DNA of 64,000 nt from the NCBI GenBank assembly GCA_963845065.1, contig CAWJQQ010000009.1, positions 416,001 through 480,000 on the forward strand, given 5' to 3'. A program made the position numbers and the translations under genes. Position 1 is the first letter of the stretch. Each line of letters starts with the position of its first letter. The DNA comes from Nitrospirota bacterium. GTDB lineage: Bacteria; Nitrospirota; UBA9217. The notes under the pieces are model-generated. The model had not been told where the DNA came from and made no database searches. It saw only the letters and a program-made list of their open reading frames with translations. Positions 38,959 through 48,514 of this stretch are shown here, in pieces.

Positions 38959-39960
38959 CTATTCAGCTTTCAGCTCCCGGGCCATAAGGTCCGCGAGAGC
39001 TTTTTTCGGATCCTTGTTTTCGTAAAGGATTTGATAGACTTCATCTACGATCGGCATTTCGATGTGATACTTTTTCGCAAGTGCCCGCGCCGCTTTGGCC
39101 GTTTTCACACCTTCGACAACGGTCTTTGAACCCTTCAAGATCTCTTCGAGCTTCTCACCCATACCGAGCCTGGCACCGAGAGAGCGATTCCGCGAGAGCC
39201 CTCCAGTACACGTGAGTACCAAGTCGCCCATGCCTGCGAGACCGGAGAAGGTGGTCACATTCCCTCCCATGGCAACGCCAAGGCGGGCCATTTCGGCGAG
39301 ACCCCTGGTGAGCAGAGCGGCCATGCTGTTGAAGCCGAAACCCATGCCTTCTAGGGCGCCAGCGGCAATCGCTACAACGTTCTTGAGCGATCCCGCGAGT
39401 TCTACGCCTATAATATCCTGGTTCGTGTACACGCGAAAATAGGTATTGCTCAATATTTCCTGGGCCATTTTGCCGATTGCAGGATCATAGGAAGCAAGCG
39501 TGATGGCAGTTGGCATCTTTTGGGCGACCTCCTTGGCAAAGCTCGGCCCGGAAAGGAAACAGAGACTGTTGTGAAATTCCGCAGGAAGCACATCCTTGAA
39601 TATTTCAGAAAGCGGCATAAGCGTCTCGATCTCGATGCCCTTTGACGCGCTGATAATGATGGCGTCCTTGGCGAGAAAAGAAACGTACTGCTTTGTTACT
39701 GCCCGCACTGTATGGGAGGGGACGACAGAAAGCAAAATTAAACTGTTCTTTACCGTGCTTTCGAGGGAAGATGTTATGGTAATGGATTCGGGTAACGTAA
39801 AGCCAGGGAGATATACCCGGTTCTCACGTGTCCTGGCTGTTTCCCCGGCAAGGTCTTTCTCGTACATCCAGAGGATAACTTTGTGGCCTTTGTCAGCGAG
39901 CAGCATTGCTAATGCCGTGCCCCAAGCTCCCGCACCGATAACTCCGATTTTTTTCGCCAT
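38959..39960 (-). CDS. gpsA: NAD(P)H-dependent glycerol-3-phosphate dehydrogenase
   Basis: GAGAWGTALA, SGPSFA, GLAGMGDLVLTC, SRN. Confidence 0.96.
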   Translation of the reverse strand: MAKKIGVIGAGAWGTALAMLLADKGHKVILWMYEKDLAGETARTRENRVYLPGFTLPESITITSSLESTVKNSLILLSVVPSHTVRAVTKQYVSFLAKDAIIISASKGIEIETLMPLSEIFKDVLPAEFHNSLCFLSGPSFAKEVAQKMPTAITLASYDPAIGKMAQEILSNTYFRVYTNQDIIGVELAGSLKNVVAIAAGALEGMGFGFNSMAALLTRGLAEMARLGVAMGGNVTTFSGLAGMGDLVLTCTGGLSRNRSLGARLGMGEKLEEILKGSKTVVEGVKTAKAARALAKKYHIEMPIVDEVYQILYENKDPKKALADLMARELKAE

Positions 39961-40297
39961 ACTTGTTTATTATAAGGGTTGCGTGGTTGACTGTCAAAAG
40001 ATTTATAGCACTAGCAATAGTTACTATGGCTGGCACGTCAGAAAAAACGAAATCCCTGTTTGGATGGAATGAATTTGTTGAAGTTCAATATCATAGGTAC
40101 TTGCACATCTGCCGGATCTCCAGCACAAAACCTTCAGAATTAGGAAAATCGCCTGGATTTGGCAATGTGAATATGTCAATTTATTACCCTCGCCAGAAAA
40201 CCTTAGTTTTTTAAAATGAGGATGGGTTGCCGGAGCGAAGCGGAGGCTGGATCGCCTTTGCTTGACCAGAAACCGCAGGCTTTAGCTCGCGAGTAGT

Positions 40298-41326
40298 TCA
40301 TTGGTTCGGTTCGATGATGATCTTCATGCACCCATCAGGCTTTGCTCCAGTTATGAATGCTTCACCGATCTTATCAATGCCGAACCGATGCGTCACCATG
40401 TCGGTCACGGTGACCGTCTTATGTCGTATGAGATCGAGTGCCTGCATGTTGTCAATGGGGGCAGCGCCATAGCAGGTCTTGATCGTGATATCGTCGCGCC
40501 AGAACGGATTGAAGTCCACATCAACGGATTCTCCGGGTTTCGGTACAGCGAAGAACAAGATTGTGCCACCGCGTTCGGCGGACGCAAGCGCGGTACGGGC
40601 AGCGGACAGTGCCCCCGCCGATAGAACGACGATATCAGCAAGCCTGCCATCATTCACCTTTCTCACGACAGCGGGGACATCTTCATCGGCAGGAATTGTA
40701 TGGTTGGCGCCAAACTGCTTCGCCTTTTCAAGGCGGTAAGGGCTAACGTCTGTAGCGATGATGGTGCCGGCACCGAAAGCTCGGGCGAGTTTGATGATCA
40801 GCAGGCCGGCAACTCCACTGCCCAATACAAGAACGCTCTGCACAGGTTTCAGCCCCACGGTCCTGATTGCCCGCACCGCAGTTCCGAGCGGTTCAATAAA
40901 CGTCGCCTGTTCGAAGGTTACGGAGTCGGGAAGGACGAGCGTTCCTGTCTCGACGCTCCTTCCGGTCACTCGTAGGTGCTGCGAAAAGCCGCCGGGTTCA
41001 AAATTGTTTATACTCTGAAACGTGGTACAGGCTGTTTCGTGTCCACTGAGGCAGTAGTAGCAGGCATTACAGGGGACGTGATGGGTGACGAAAACGCGGT
41101 CTCCAGGCTTGACGTTCTTTATGAGTTTTCCAGTTTCAACAATGATCCCGGCCGGTTCGTGGCCCAGCACAAGCGGTGCTCGCTTGATTCGGTACCATTC
41201 CAGAAGATCGCTGCCGCAGAGGCCGCAGGCCATGACCTTGACGAGGATATCCCGGTCGCCCGGTTTTGGGGACAGACGTTCTTCGACACGCACATCGCTA
41301 TTTCGGTAATAAACTCCGGTTTTCAT
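40298..41326 (-). CDS. Zn-dependent MDR dehydrogenase (sorbitol/threonine DH-like)
   Basis: CGSD, GHE, CNACYYC...C, GSGVAG. Confidence 0.9.
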   Translation of the reverse strand: MKTGVYYRNSDVRVEERLSPKPGDRDILVKVMACGLCGSDLLEWYRIKRAPLVLGHEPAGIIVETGKLIKNVKPGDRVFVTHHVPCNACYYCLSGHETACTTFQSINNFEPGGFSQHLRVTGRSVETGTLVLPDSVTFEQATFIEPLGTAVRAIRTVGLKPVQSVLVLGSGVAGLLIIKLARAFGAGTIIATDVSPYRLEKAKQFGANHTIPADEDVPAVVRKVNDGRLADIVVLSAGALSAARTALASAERGGTILFFAVPKPGESVDVDFNPFWRDDITIKTCYGAAPIDNMQALDLIRHKTVTVTDMVTHRFGIDKIGEAFITGAKPDGCMKIIIEPNQ

Positions 41327-41470
41327 TTGTACGGATAAATGAACATAAGTCCGCTTTGCGGACACACGGCTAAAAAAAACATAAACGAGATGCGACTGCA
41401 TACATATGAGAGCCGCTGTGCAGTCAAGAGCCATGGGCGCAGATATGATGGACTTTGTCGTTCGAATTTA

Positions 41471-42352
41471 CTATGAGGACTTGTTCTTACTGTCCAGGAA
41501 GTATTCGTATGCATCCTTCACGCTCGATCCTTCATGTACGATTTTGCGCACGGCGCCGATCATGGCAACCGGAGCGTCGGACTGGAAAATATTCCTGCCC
41601 ATGTCCACACCCGATGCGCCCTGATCGATTGCGTCCCGTGCCATCTGCAACGCCTCACGTTCGGGCAGCTTCTTTCCTCCTGCGATGACGATCGGCACCG
41701 GGCATGCGGCAGCGACTTGCTCGAATCCCGGGACATGATAGGTCTTTACAAAAGAGGCCCCCAACTCTGCAAGGATGCGTGTTGCGAGGCTAATGTAGCG
41801 GGTATCGCGAGTGAGTTCCTTACCGACCGCGGTCACGCCTAGCACGGGGATGCCGTAGCGCATGCCCATGTCCACGAGCCGTGTCATATTGTTCACGGAC
41901 TGAGTCTCAAATTCTCCACCGATAAAGACCTGTACGGCTACGGCGGACACGTTCATGCGAAGTGCATCTTCAATATCCACGGCGATTCTCTCATCGGAAA
42001 GTTCCTTCAGGATGCTCGGACCGCCGCTCGCGCGCATGACTATCGAGTTGGTAACCGACGGTTCGATTACCGACCGTAGGACGCCGCGGGTCAGCATTAA
42101 TGCGTCCGCATAGGGAATGAGCGGACGGATCGTGACATCAACGCGTTCAAGCCCGCTTGTGGGGCCTTGGAAATACCCGTGGTCGAAGGCGAGCATCACG
42201 GTCTTGCCGGACTGGGGATTGAAAATGTGAGCCAGTCTGTTCCTCATCCCCCAGTCATAACCGTTCGACCCCTTCAGGAAGAACGCATCGCTTTTTTGAG
42301 GGATTCTAGTATAGTAATTTTTTTCTTTTTTTGAAAAGTCCTGCTCTGCCAT
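41471..42352 (-). CDS. lsrF: LsrF-like class I aldolase/thiolase
   Basis: [42 protein letters not shown]. Confidence 0.88.
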   Translation of the reverse strand: MAEQDFSKKEKNYYTRIPQKSDAFFLKGSNGYDWGMRNRLAHIFNPQSGKTVMLAFDHGYFQGPTSGLERVDVTIRPLIPYADALMLTRGVLRSVIEPSVTNSIVMRASGGPSILKELSDERIAVDIEDALRMNVSAVAVQVFIGGEFETQSVNNMTRLVDMGMRYGIPVLGVTAVGKELTRDTRYISLATRILAELGASFVKTYHVPGFEQVAAACPVPIVIAGGKKLPEREALQMARDAIDQGASGVDMGRNIFQSDAPVAMIGAVRKIVHEGSSVKDAYEYFLDSKNKSS

Positions 42353-42673
42353 CAAATGCCTCCTCAAGAGCCATGATCATATCGGTAAACAGGGCTATAA
42401 TCTAATGCATGCATCGAAAGAAATCAAGAAAAAATAGAATGCAGGTTAACTGCTGGAAAACTATTCGGAGAGTGTTTGCTAATGGGCATGAACATTGGAT
42501 AAGACCCCCGGGATTGCCTTGGCATACTCCATAACAGTTAGAGCATGTCGTATCTCTCGTGCGGGCCTTCTAAATCCGAATAAGACAGTGTAGGGAAGAA
42601 AGGCGGACCGGATGAATGGGGAGTCATGCCCAAAAAGCAGTTGAAGGCTAATCGGCCGTTTTATCCTCTATAT

Positions 42674-42892
42674 CTATTGTTTTTGCATCAGCGATAGTAT
42701 TGCTTTGGTAATGAGCAGCACCCACGGAGTTCCATGAAGCACGAAATCGAACCAGTCAATGGGCCTCACAAGCCGGCCTTTTATGAGCATCTGGAGCTTC
42801 TCCCAAATGTGCGGCGGGGCAAAAGGCGCAAGTCCAAGCGTCAGGCAGGCAATGATGAGCACGCTCCATGGTAGTTTCGCAAAGAAGTCCAT
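42674..42892 (-). CDS. Small membrane protein
   Basis: LGLAPF.PPHIWEKL.ML..G.L.RPIDWFD...HG.P motif; RBS present. Confidence 0.75.
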   Translation of the reverse strand: MDFFAKLPWSVLIIACLTLGLAPFAPPHIWEKLQMLIKGRLVRPIDWFDFVLHGTPWVLLITKAILSLMQKQ

Positions 42893-42939
42893 AAATCAGC
42901 TTTCCTCTTTTCATTCTTATCTGGGTTAATGTCACTGCC

Positions 42940-43809
42940 TCACTTTTTTTCTCCGTGTTTTTTTGCTGCCTCTATTTGGCGCTCAGTAGGTATTTCCTGT
43001 ATTTCGAGATATTCCTCCACCCCTAAGGCGGCAAATAGTTTCTTGATATCATCCCCCGGTGTTTTTGTTACGATATCGAATTTGTCGGGCATTGCAGATT
43101 TCACGACCAGCTTCCCATATCTGCGGAAGCTGTCCTCTGTCAATGCTTCAGCCAGCTTGATAATACCCACCAGGGATAAGGAATCTTCATCAAACTCCAG
43201 GGTGGACATACCTACGACATTTTTTAAGAAGGGATCGAGATGCATTTTATCGATAATTCTTGTTGCTAAATAGGTATCATAATTTTCGATAAGATCATCG
43301 CTGAACTCCATCCCCACTTCCCGTGCCTTCATGAATATGTTTTTCCCGAGTTGAGAAAGCAATCCTCCGGTTTCCACTTTCCGAACCATCTCGTCTGAAA
43401 GATTCATCTCTTCAGCAATTATTCTGCCGAGAACGCCAATGCTGGCGCTTTTGGCTGCACGCTGTTTAGCTGCCGGGCTCTTTTTGAGGGCAAATAGGGA
43501 CAGAGAAAAAATAAGAAGCTTTACTCTGTCTCCACCCATTCGAATAACAGCATCATAAAAATCAGGAACATATCCCTGAACACTGTGTCCGAAGTAGATA
43601 GAGCGGGCGATCTCAAGTATCGTCACGGATAGCTCAGTATTATTGACAGCGAGTTTTGTCCCTAGTTCCTGAAGTTTGCGTTTACTGGCATTCACATCAT
43701 CGAGAATGTTGAATTCGGCGAGTTCAACTCCTATATTCATGCTGGAAAATATTTTGCTTTCGATGATTTTTAATTTTCTTAAATCTTCGAGAGGTATATT
43801 ATCTGTCAT
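42940..43809 (-). CDS. HDOD-like domain protein (degenerate HD motif)
   Basis: ILEIARSIYFG...DAVIRMG; GGLLSQLGK in place of GLLHDIGK. Confidence 0.7.
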   Translation of the reverse strand: MTDNIPLEDLRKLKIIESKIFSSMNIGVELAEFNILDDVNASKRKLQELGTKLAVNNTELSVTILEIARSIYFGHSVQGYVPDFYDAVIRMGGDRVKLLIFSLSLFALKKSPAAKQRAAKSASIGVLGRIIAEEMNLSDEMVRKVETGGLLSQLGKNIFMKAREVGMEFSDDLIENYDTYLATRIIDKMHLDPFLKNVVGMSTLEFDEDSLSLVGIIKLAEALTEDSFRRYGKLVVKSAMPDKFDIVTKTPGDDIKKLFAALGVEEYLEIQEIPTERQIEAAKKHGEKK

Positions 43810-44095
43810 GATCCCTCATGGATACCTGCCAATTTTCTTGCACTGGGCTTCACGGCAAAAGGTTTTTCCCAAACGTGGTTGAATGTCACGGCTTGCGGTA
43901 AAACTTAGAACACATTCTGTTTTTAAAATATAGCACAAAAAAGCATAAATTATAAGAAATTAGTGTATTGTCAGTGTTGTGGTACGTGCTGCGTCCAGGT
44001 ATAGGAAGAGATCAGTTTACCTGAGAACACAGAAAGCCCTTTCCAATTTGTGGTTGTTTCTGTATACTAAAGACTTGAAGAAATATTGCTCGTTA

Positions 44096-44123
44096 TTGAC
44101 ACGCGGGGCCAAAGCGGTATGAT
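44096..44123 (+). promoter_or_regulatory. Putative sigma70 promoter
   Basis: TTGACA-N16-TATGAT. Confidence 0.45.
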
Positions 44124-44343
44124 CAAAGTCTCACCGAGACACGGGAATAGGGATAAAAGGCAGCGACGCGGTCCTGATTTAAATCCAAGATGACCTGTTC
44201 GCCCTGGTGACGTTGGGGCGTTCGGCCGTCATCGCGACGAAGCCATGGTTGCATAGCTCAAGTTAGCCTGGTAGCTTGCTGTCATTAGAGAACCATTCCG
44301 CTGTTTTCATTGCTTAGTTTTACCAACTACCCGGGGCCACAAT

Positions 44344-46902
44344 ATGTCCGCCCAAATCGACATCCGTACGATAACCGGACTTTCTGGAAAAGAGGCCTCC
44401 GGCCTGCTGAAAAGGGAGGGGTATAATGAACTGCCTACTTCGCAACAGCGCAGTATAATAGCAATTGCGATCGATGTTGTGCGGGAACCAATGTTCCTAC
44501 TCCTCGTTGCCTGCGGCACTATCTATCTTTTTCTTGGTGACATGCAGGATGCAATTATGCTGCTCGGCTTTGTGTTCGCGGTCATCGGTATCACGCTGTA
44601 TCAAGAGCGCAAAACCGAGCGAGCTTTGGAAGCCCTCCGCGATTTGTCGAGCCCCCGGGCCCTGGTCATGCGGGACAAGGAACAGAAACGCATTCCTGGC
44701 AGAGAGGTTGTCCGCGGAGACATTTTGATCTTGAACGAAGGGGACAGGGTGACAGCCGATGCGGCACTTCTGTCCTGCCTCAATCTTTTTGTCGATGAGT
44801 CACTCCTAACCGGAGAGTCAATACCAGTCAGAAAAAGGGAGCAAGTATACGTTAGGGCGATGGGGAAGCCCGGAGGCGACGATTTGCCGTACGTATTTTC
44901 CGGCACCCTCGTGGTCAAAGGGCAAGGGGTCGCGACGGTAATGGCAACGGGTGCGGCCACCGAGATTGGCAAGATCGGCAAGACGCTCCAGAGCATCGAA
45001 CTAGAGGAAACTCCTCTCCAGAAGGAGATGGACCAGACCGTCAGGAACCTCGCCGTCATCGGCCTTTTTCTATGCCTTCTCGTAATCGTTGTCTACGGAT
45101 TGACGCGGGGCAACTGGCTCCATGGATTTCTTGCTGGCCTCACGCTGGCTATGGCGCTCCTTCCGGAAGAATTCCCCGTAGTGCTCACCATATTCCTGGC
45201 CCTCGGAGCGTGGCGTATCTCCCAGAAGCACGTGCTCACCCGGCGAGTTCCCGCTATTGAGACCCTGGGCTCAGCAACGGTGCTCTGCGTTGACAAAACG
45301 GGCACCATCACGCAGAACCGCATGTCCATCAGCCGGCTGTTCACGCATGGCGAATTTTGCGATATTGACGAGCGAGCGGTAACGAGCATTCCTGAACAAT
45401 TCCATGAAATCGTCGAGTTCAGCATACTGGCGAGCCAGATGGACCCCTTTGATCCCATGGAGATGGCATTCCGCGCACTGGGTGTAAACTATCTTGCCCG
45501 GACTGAGCATCTTCACGACGATTGGACGCTCGTACGCGAATATCCGCTTTCGAACGACCTCATGGCATTGTCCCATGTCTGGATATCACCCGACGGCAAC
45601 GAGTACGTGATCGCCGCAAAAGGATCTCCCGAGGCGATTGCCGACTTGTGTCATCTGGAGGAGCGGCAGCGAAGCGAGCTTACAAAGACGATCGAGCTCA
45701 TGGCAAAGGACGGATTGCGCATTCTGGGCGTGGCTAAGTCCTATTTCACTATTACGGATTTGCCGGGTGCACAGCACGATTTTCCCTTCGTGTTCCTCGG
45801 TCTCGTTGGACTCGCCGATCCTATCCGGCCGGGCGTAACCGAAGCGGTCGCGGAATGCCATACTGCCGGCATCCGCGTGGTGATGATCACCGGAGACTAC
45901 CCCGGGACAGCTGCGAACATCGCTGCCCAGATCAACCTGCTTCACCGGGATAGCATCATCACTGGCCAGGAACTGGACTGTATGGATGATGCTGAACTCC
46001 AGCAGCGGATCAGGTACGTCGATATCTTTGCGCGCGTAGTTCCTGAGCAGAAACTCAGGATCGTGAACGCGCTCAAGGCAACCGGCGAGATCGTGGCCAT
46101 GACCGGAGACGGCGTTAATGATGCACCGGCCCTCAAGGCCGCGCACATCGGCATTGCTATGGGTGGGAGAGGGACGGATGTAGCACGTGAGGCATCGGCA
46201 CTCGTGTTGCTTGATGATGATTTTTCATCCATAGTGCAGGCCGTGCGCCTGGGCCGCAGGATATTCGACAACCTGAGAAAGGCTGTAACCTACATCTTTG
46301 CAGTGCATGTTCCGATCGCCGGAATGTCTCTTATTCCTGTGTTGTTCAGGTGGCCACTAGTGCTTTTGCCAGTGCATATCGTCTTTCTCGAACTGATCAT
46401 TGATCCTGCGTGCTCGGTGGTGTTCGAAGCCGAGCCCGAGGAGTCAGACGTGATGACCCGGCCGCCGCTAAGGCCCGATGCACCCCTTTTCGGCACGGGT
46501 ATCGTGGGCATCAGCCTGCTCCAGGGGCTGAGCGTACTCGTAATGCTGCTCGGAGTTTATGTTATTGTACTCAAGCGGGGACAGGGTGAGGAACATGCCC
46601 GGGCGCTCACATTCACAACGCTGATTGTTGCCAACCTGGGACTCATCTTCGCGAACCGGTCGTGGTCCCGTCTCATTCCAGATACACTTCGCTCTCCGAA
46701 TGCGGCGTTGTGGTGGGTGTCCGGCGGGGCGGTCCTTTTTTTGGGGCTCGTGCTCTACATTCCTTTTTTACGAAGCCTTTTCAGCTTCTCGGTCCTCCAA
46801 CCCACGGATATTCTGATTTGTATCGGCGCGGGGGCAGTAAGTATCTTATGGTTCGAATTATTAAAGATGACGAAGCGGTTCAAAGCAGCGCTAAGGGTAT
46901 GA
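44344..46902 (+). CDS. Cation-transporting P-type ATPase (P2A, Ca2+-like)
   Basis: TGES, PEEFP, DKTGT, KGSPE, TGD, GDGVNDAPAL. Confidence 0.93.
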   Translation: MSAQIDIRTITGLSGKEASGLLKREGYNELPTSQQRSIIAIAIDVVREPMFLLLVACGTIYLFLGDMQDAIMLLGFVFAVIGITLYQERKTERALEALRDLSSPRALVMRDKEQKRIPGREVVRGDILILNEGDRVTADAALLSCLNLFVDESLLTGESIPVRKREQVYVRAMGKPGGDDLPYVFSGTLVVKGQGVATVMATGAATEIGKIGKTLQSIELEETPLQKEMDQTVRNLAVIGLFLCLLVIVVYGLTRGNWLHGFLAGLTLAMALLPEEFPVVLTIFLALGAWRISQKHVLTRRVPAIETLGSATVLCVDKTGTITQNRMSISRLFTHGEFCDIDERAVTSIPEQFHEIVEFSILASQMDPFDPMEMAFRALGVNYLARTEHLHDDWTLVREYPLSNDLMALSHVWISPDGNEYVIAAKGSPEAIADLCHLEERQRSELTKTIELMAKDGLRILGVAKSYFTITDLPGAQHDFPFVFLGLVGLADPIRPGVTEAVAECHTAGIRVVMITGDYPGTAANIAAQINLLHRDSIITGQELDCMDDAELQQRIRYVDIFARVVPEQKLRIVNALKATGEIVAMTGDGVNDAPALKAAHIGIAMGGRGTDVAREASALVLLDDDFSSIVQAVRLGRRIFDNLRKAVTYIFAVHVPIAGMSLIPVLFRWPLVLLPVHIVFLELIIDPACSVVFEAEPEESDVMTRPPLRPDAPLFGTGIVGISLLQGLSVLVMLLGVYVIVLKRGQGEEHARALTFTTLIVANLGLIFANRSWSRLIPDTLRSPNAALWWVSGGAVLFLGLVLYIPFLRSLFSFSVLQPTDILICIGAGAVSILWFELLKMTKRFKAALRV

Positions 46903-47106
46903 GCTAGACAAATCTAACAGGATAAAAATAAAGGGTTAGTTTGTGGATATGCTTCATGGCACCTGCTGACATCACGATATTATCGCCGGTTTTGCATGTC
47001 AGAGCATCGTAAAAGCGGCCGGTGCCATGTCATCCAGCATAAGACAAGGGTAGGGTATGCCGGTTTTTTTAAACTCCTTGTAGGGAGGAATTAAGGGAGA
47101 TAAAGA

Positions 47107-47868
47107 ATGTTTTTTACACTGACAAGAATTGTCCAAGCATTGATCCTTCCTCCGTCGGGTCTTTTGATCCTCATGGCGATTGGATTTTTGATCGTGGGGA
47201 AGAAACGAGTCCTCGGTATGCTCTGCATTGCCTCGGGCTTTCTCCTCCTTTATGGATTGTGCATTAGTCCCGTAAGCAACGCTATAATCCAACCGCTCGA
47301 AAGTTTGTACGCTCCATTCGTTGATACAAAGAACATCGATGTACAGTCAATTGTGGTGTTGAGCGGAGGGGCCAGGGATGCAGCAGTACCGGGCCTTGAG
47401 CCAGAACCAGATGATGATTCCCTGGAGCGGTTGGTATATAGCGTGGCATTGTACAGGGAACTGCGAATTCCACTTCTGTTTGTAGGGGGGAGCGGAGACC
47501 CTGGAAGACCGGATCTCCTGGAGGCGGAGGCAATGGCCCGAACCGCGATAAGCATCGGAGTCCCTGCCAAGGACATCGTGGTCGAAAGCACCGCCAGAAA
47601 TACGCTCGAGAGCGCGAAGGCGGTCAAGCGTTTGGTTAAAGGCAGACGTATTATTCTCGTGACCTCGGCAGCACATATGAAAAGGTCCGTAGCTATGTTT
47701 AAAAAGCAGGGATTCGGTATCATTCCGGCTCCGACAGGCTATCGCACGGATCGGCGCGCGCTTTCGGGTTACTCCTTCATTCCCCGCCTCGAAAACTTAC
47801 GCACCTCTTCTCTTGCTTTGTCTGAATACCTGAGCTATCGATGGTATGCGATGCGCGGGGACTTATAG
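47107..47868 (+). CDS. YdcF/ElyC (DUF218) family protein
   Basis: IVVLSGG, ARNTLESA, LVTSAAHMKRS. Confidence 0.9.
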   Translation: MFFTLTRIVQALILPPSGLLILMAIGFLIVGKKRVLGMLCIASGFLLLYGLCISPVSNAIIQPLESLYAPFVDTKNIDVQSIVVLSGGARDAAVPGLEPEPDDDSLERLVYSVALYRELRIPLLFVGGSGDPGRPDLLEAEAMARTAISIGVPAKDIVVESTARNTLESAKAVKRLVKGRRIILVTSAAHMKRSVAMFKKQGFGIIPAPTGYRTDRRALSGYSFIPRLENLRTSSLALSEYLSYRWYAMRGDL

Positions 47869-47896
47869 CTGTTACCACAAGAAAACCGGCCCTGCA

Positions 47897-48490
47897 CTAT
47901 CTGTACGGAGTAGGCTGGCGGAAAACCGGGAGAGGCTTGGCAGGACTAGGAAGCACCTGCTGTGGCTGCTGAATGGCAGCGAGAAACTGCCAGTCACTAT
48001 ATTTTCCTTTCCCGGCAAAATCTTGATGGGCCTCAGGGAAATTAGCCTGTTTGAGCGGTGTTTTATCGCTTCGACTGTAGACTCCTATGATAAACTGCCC
48101 TGTAGCATCAGTACCTTTAAGGAGGACGAAATCCTCACCGGTAATAGGGTCTTTGTATTTCCGCCGCAGATACCGTTTTCCGGCCGGCGTCCTGTTGTCC
48201 TCAAGCAGGTTCTCGATTTGTCGAGGGTACTGTGGATTAGCGGGAATTGCGTTATAGTATTGCTCAATGGCCAGCTTGTACTGATCCCCCCGAAACAGCA
48301 GCTCCTCCTCTTTATCTCGCTGCATGACGTTCTGCCAATACTTTCCCGCCGCGCCGAGGCTGATCCCGATAATAACGAGTATCGCCAGGAGACCGATATA
48401 AGTGAATCCATGGGAAGCGCGGATTGCAGATTGCGGACTGTGGATTTCTGAGTGCATTAAATTTTCACTGTTGGAATCTGAATTTATCAT
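47897..48490 (-). CDS. Type II secretion pseudopilin-like protein
   Basis: G|FTYIGLLAILVII prepilin site; EEELLFRG, RYLRRKYKDPIT. Start uncertain. Confidence 0.8.
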   Translation of the reverse strand: MINSDSNSENLMHSEIHSPQSAIRASHGFTYIGLLAILVIIGISLGAAGKYWQNVMQRDKEEELLFRGDQYKLAIEQYYNAIPANPQYPRQIENLLEDNRTPAGKRYLRRKYKDPITGEDFVLLKGTDATGQFIIGVYSRSDKTPLKQANFPEAHQDFAGKGKYSDWQFLAAIQQPQQVLPSPAKPLPVFRQPTPYR

Positions 48491-48514
48491 GCAGATATCT
48501 TCTTGCCTTTGCAA

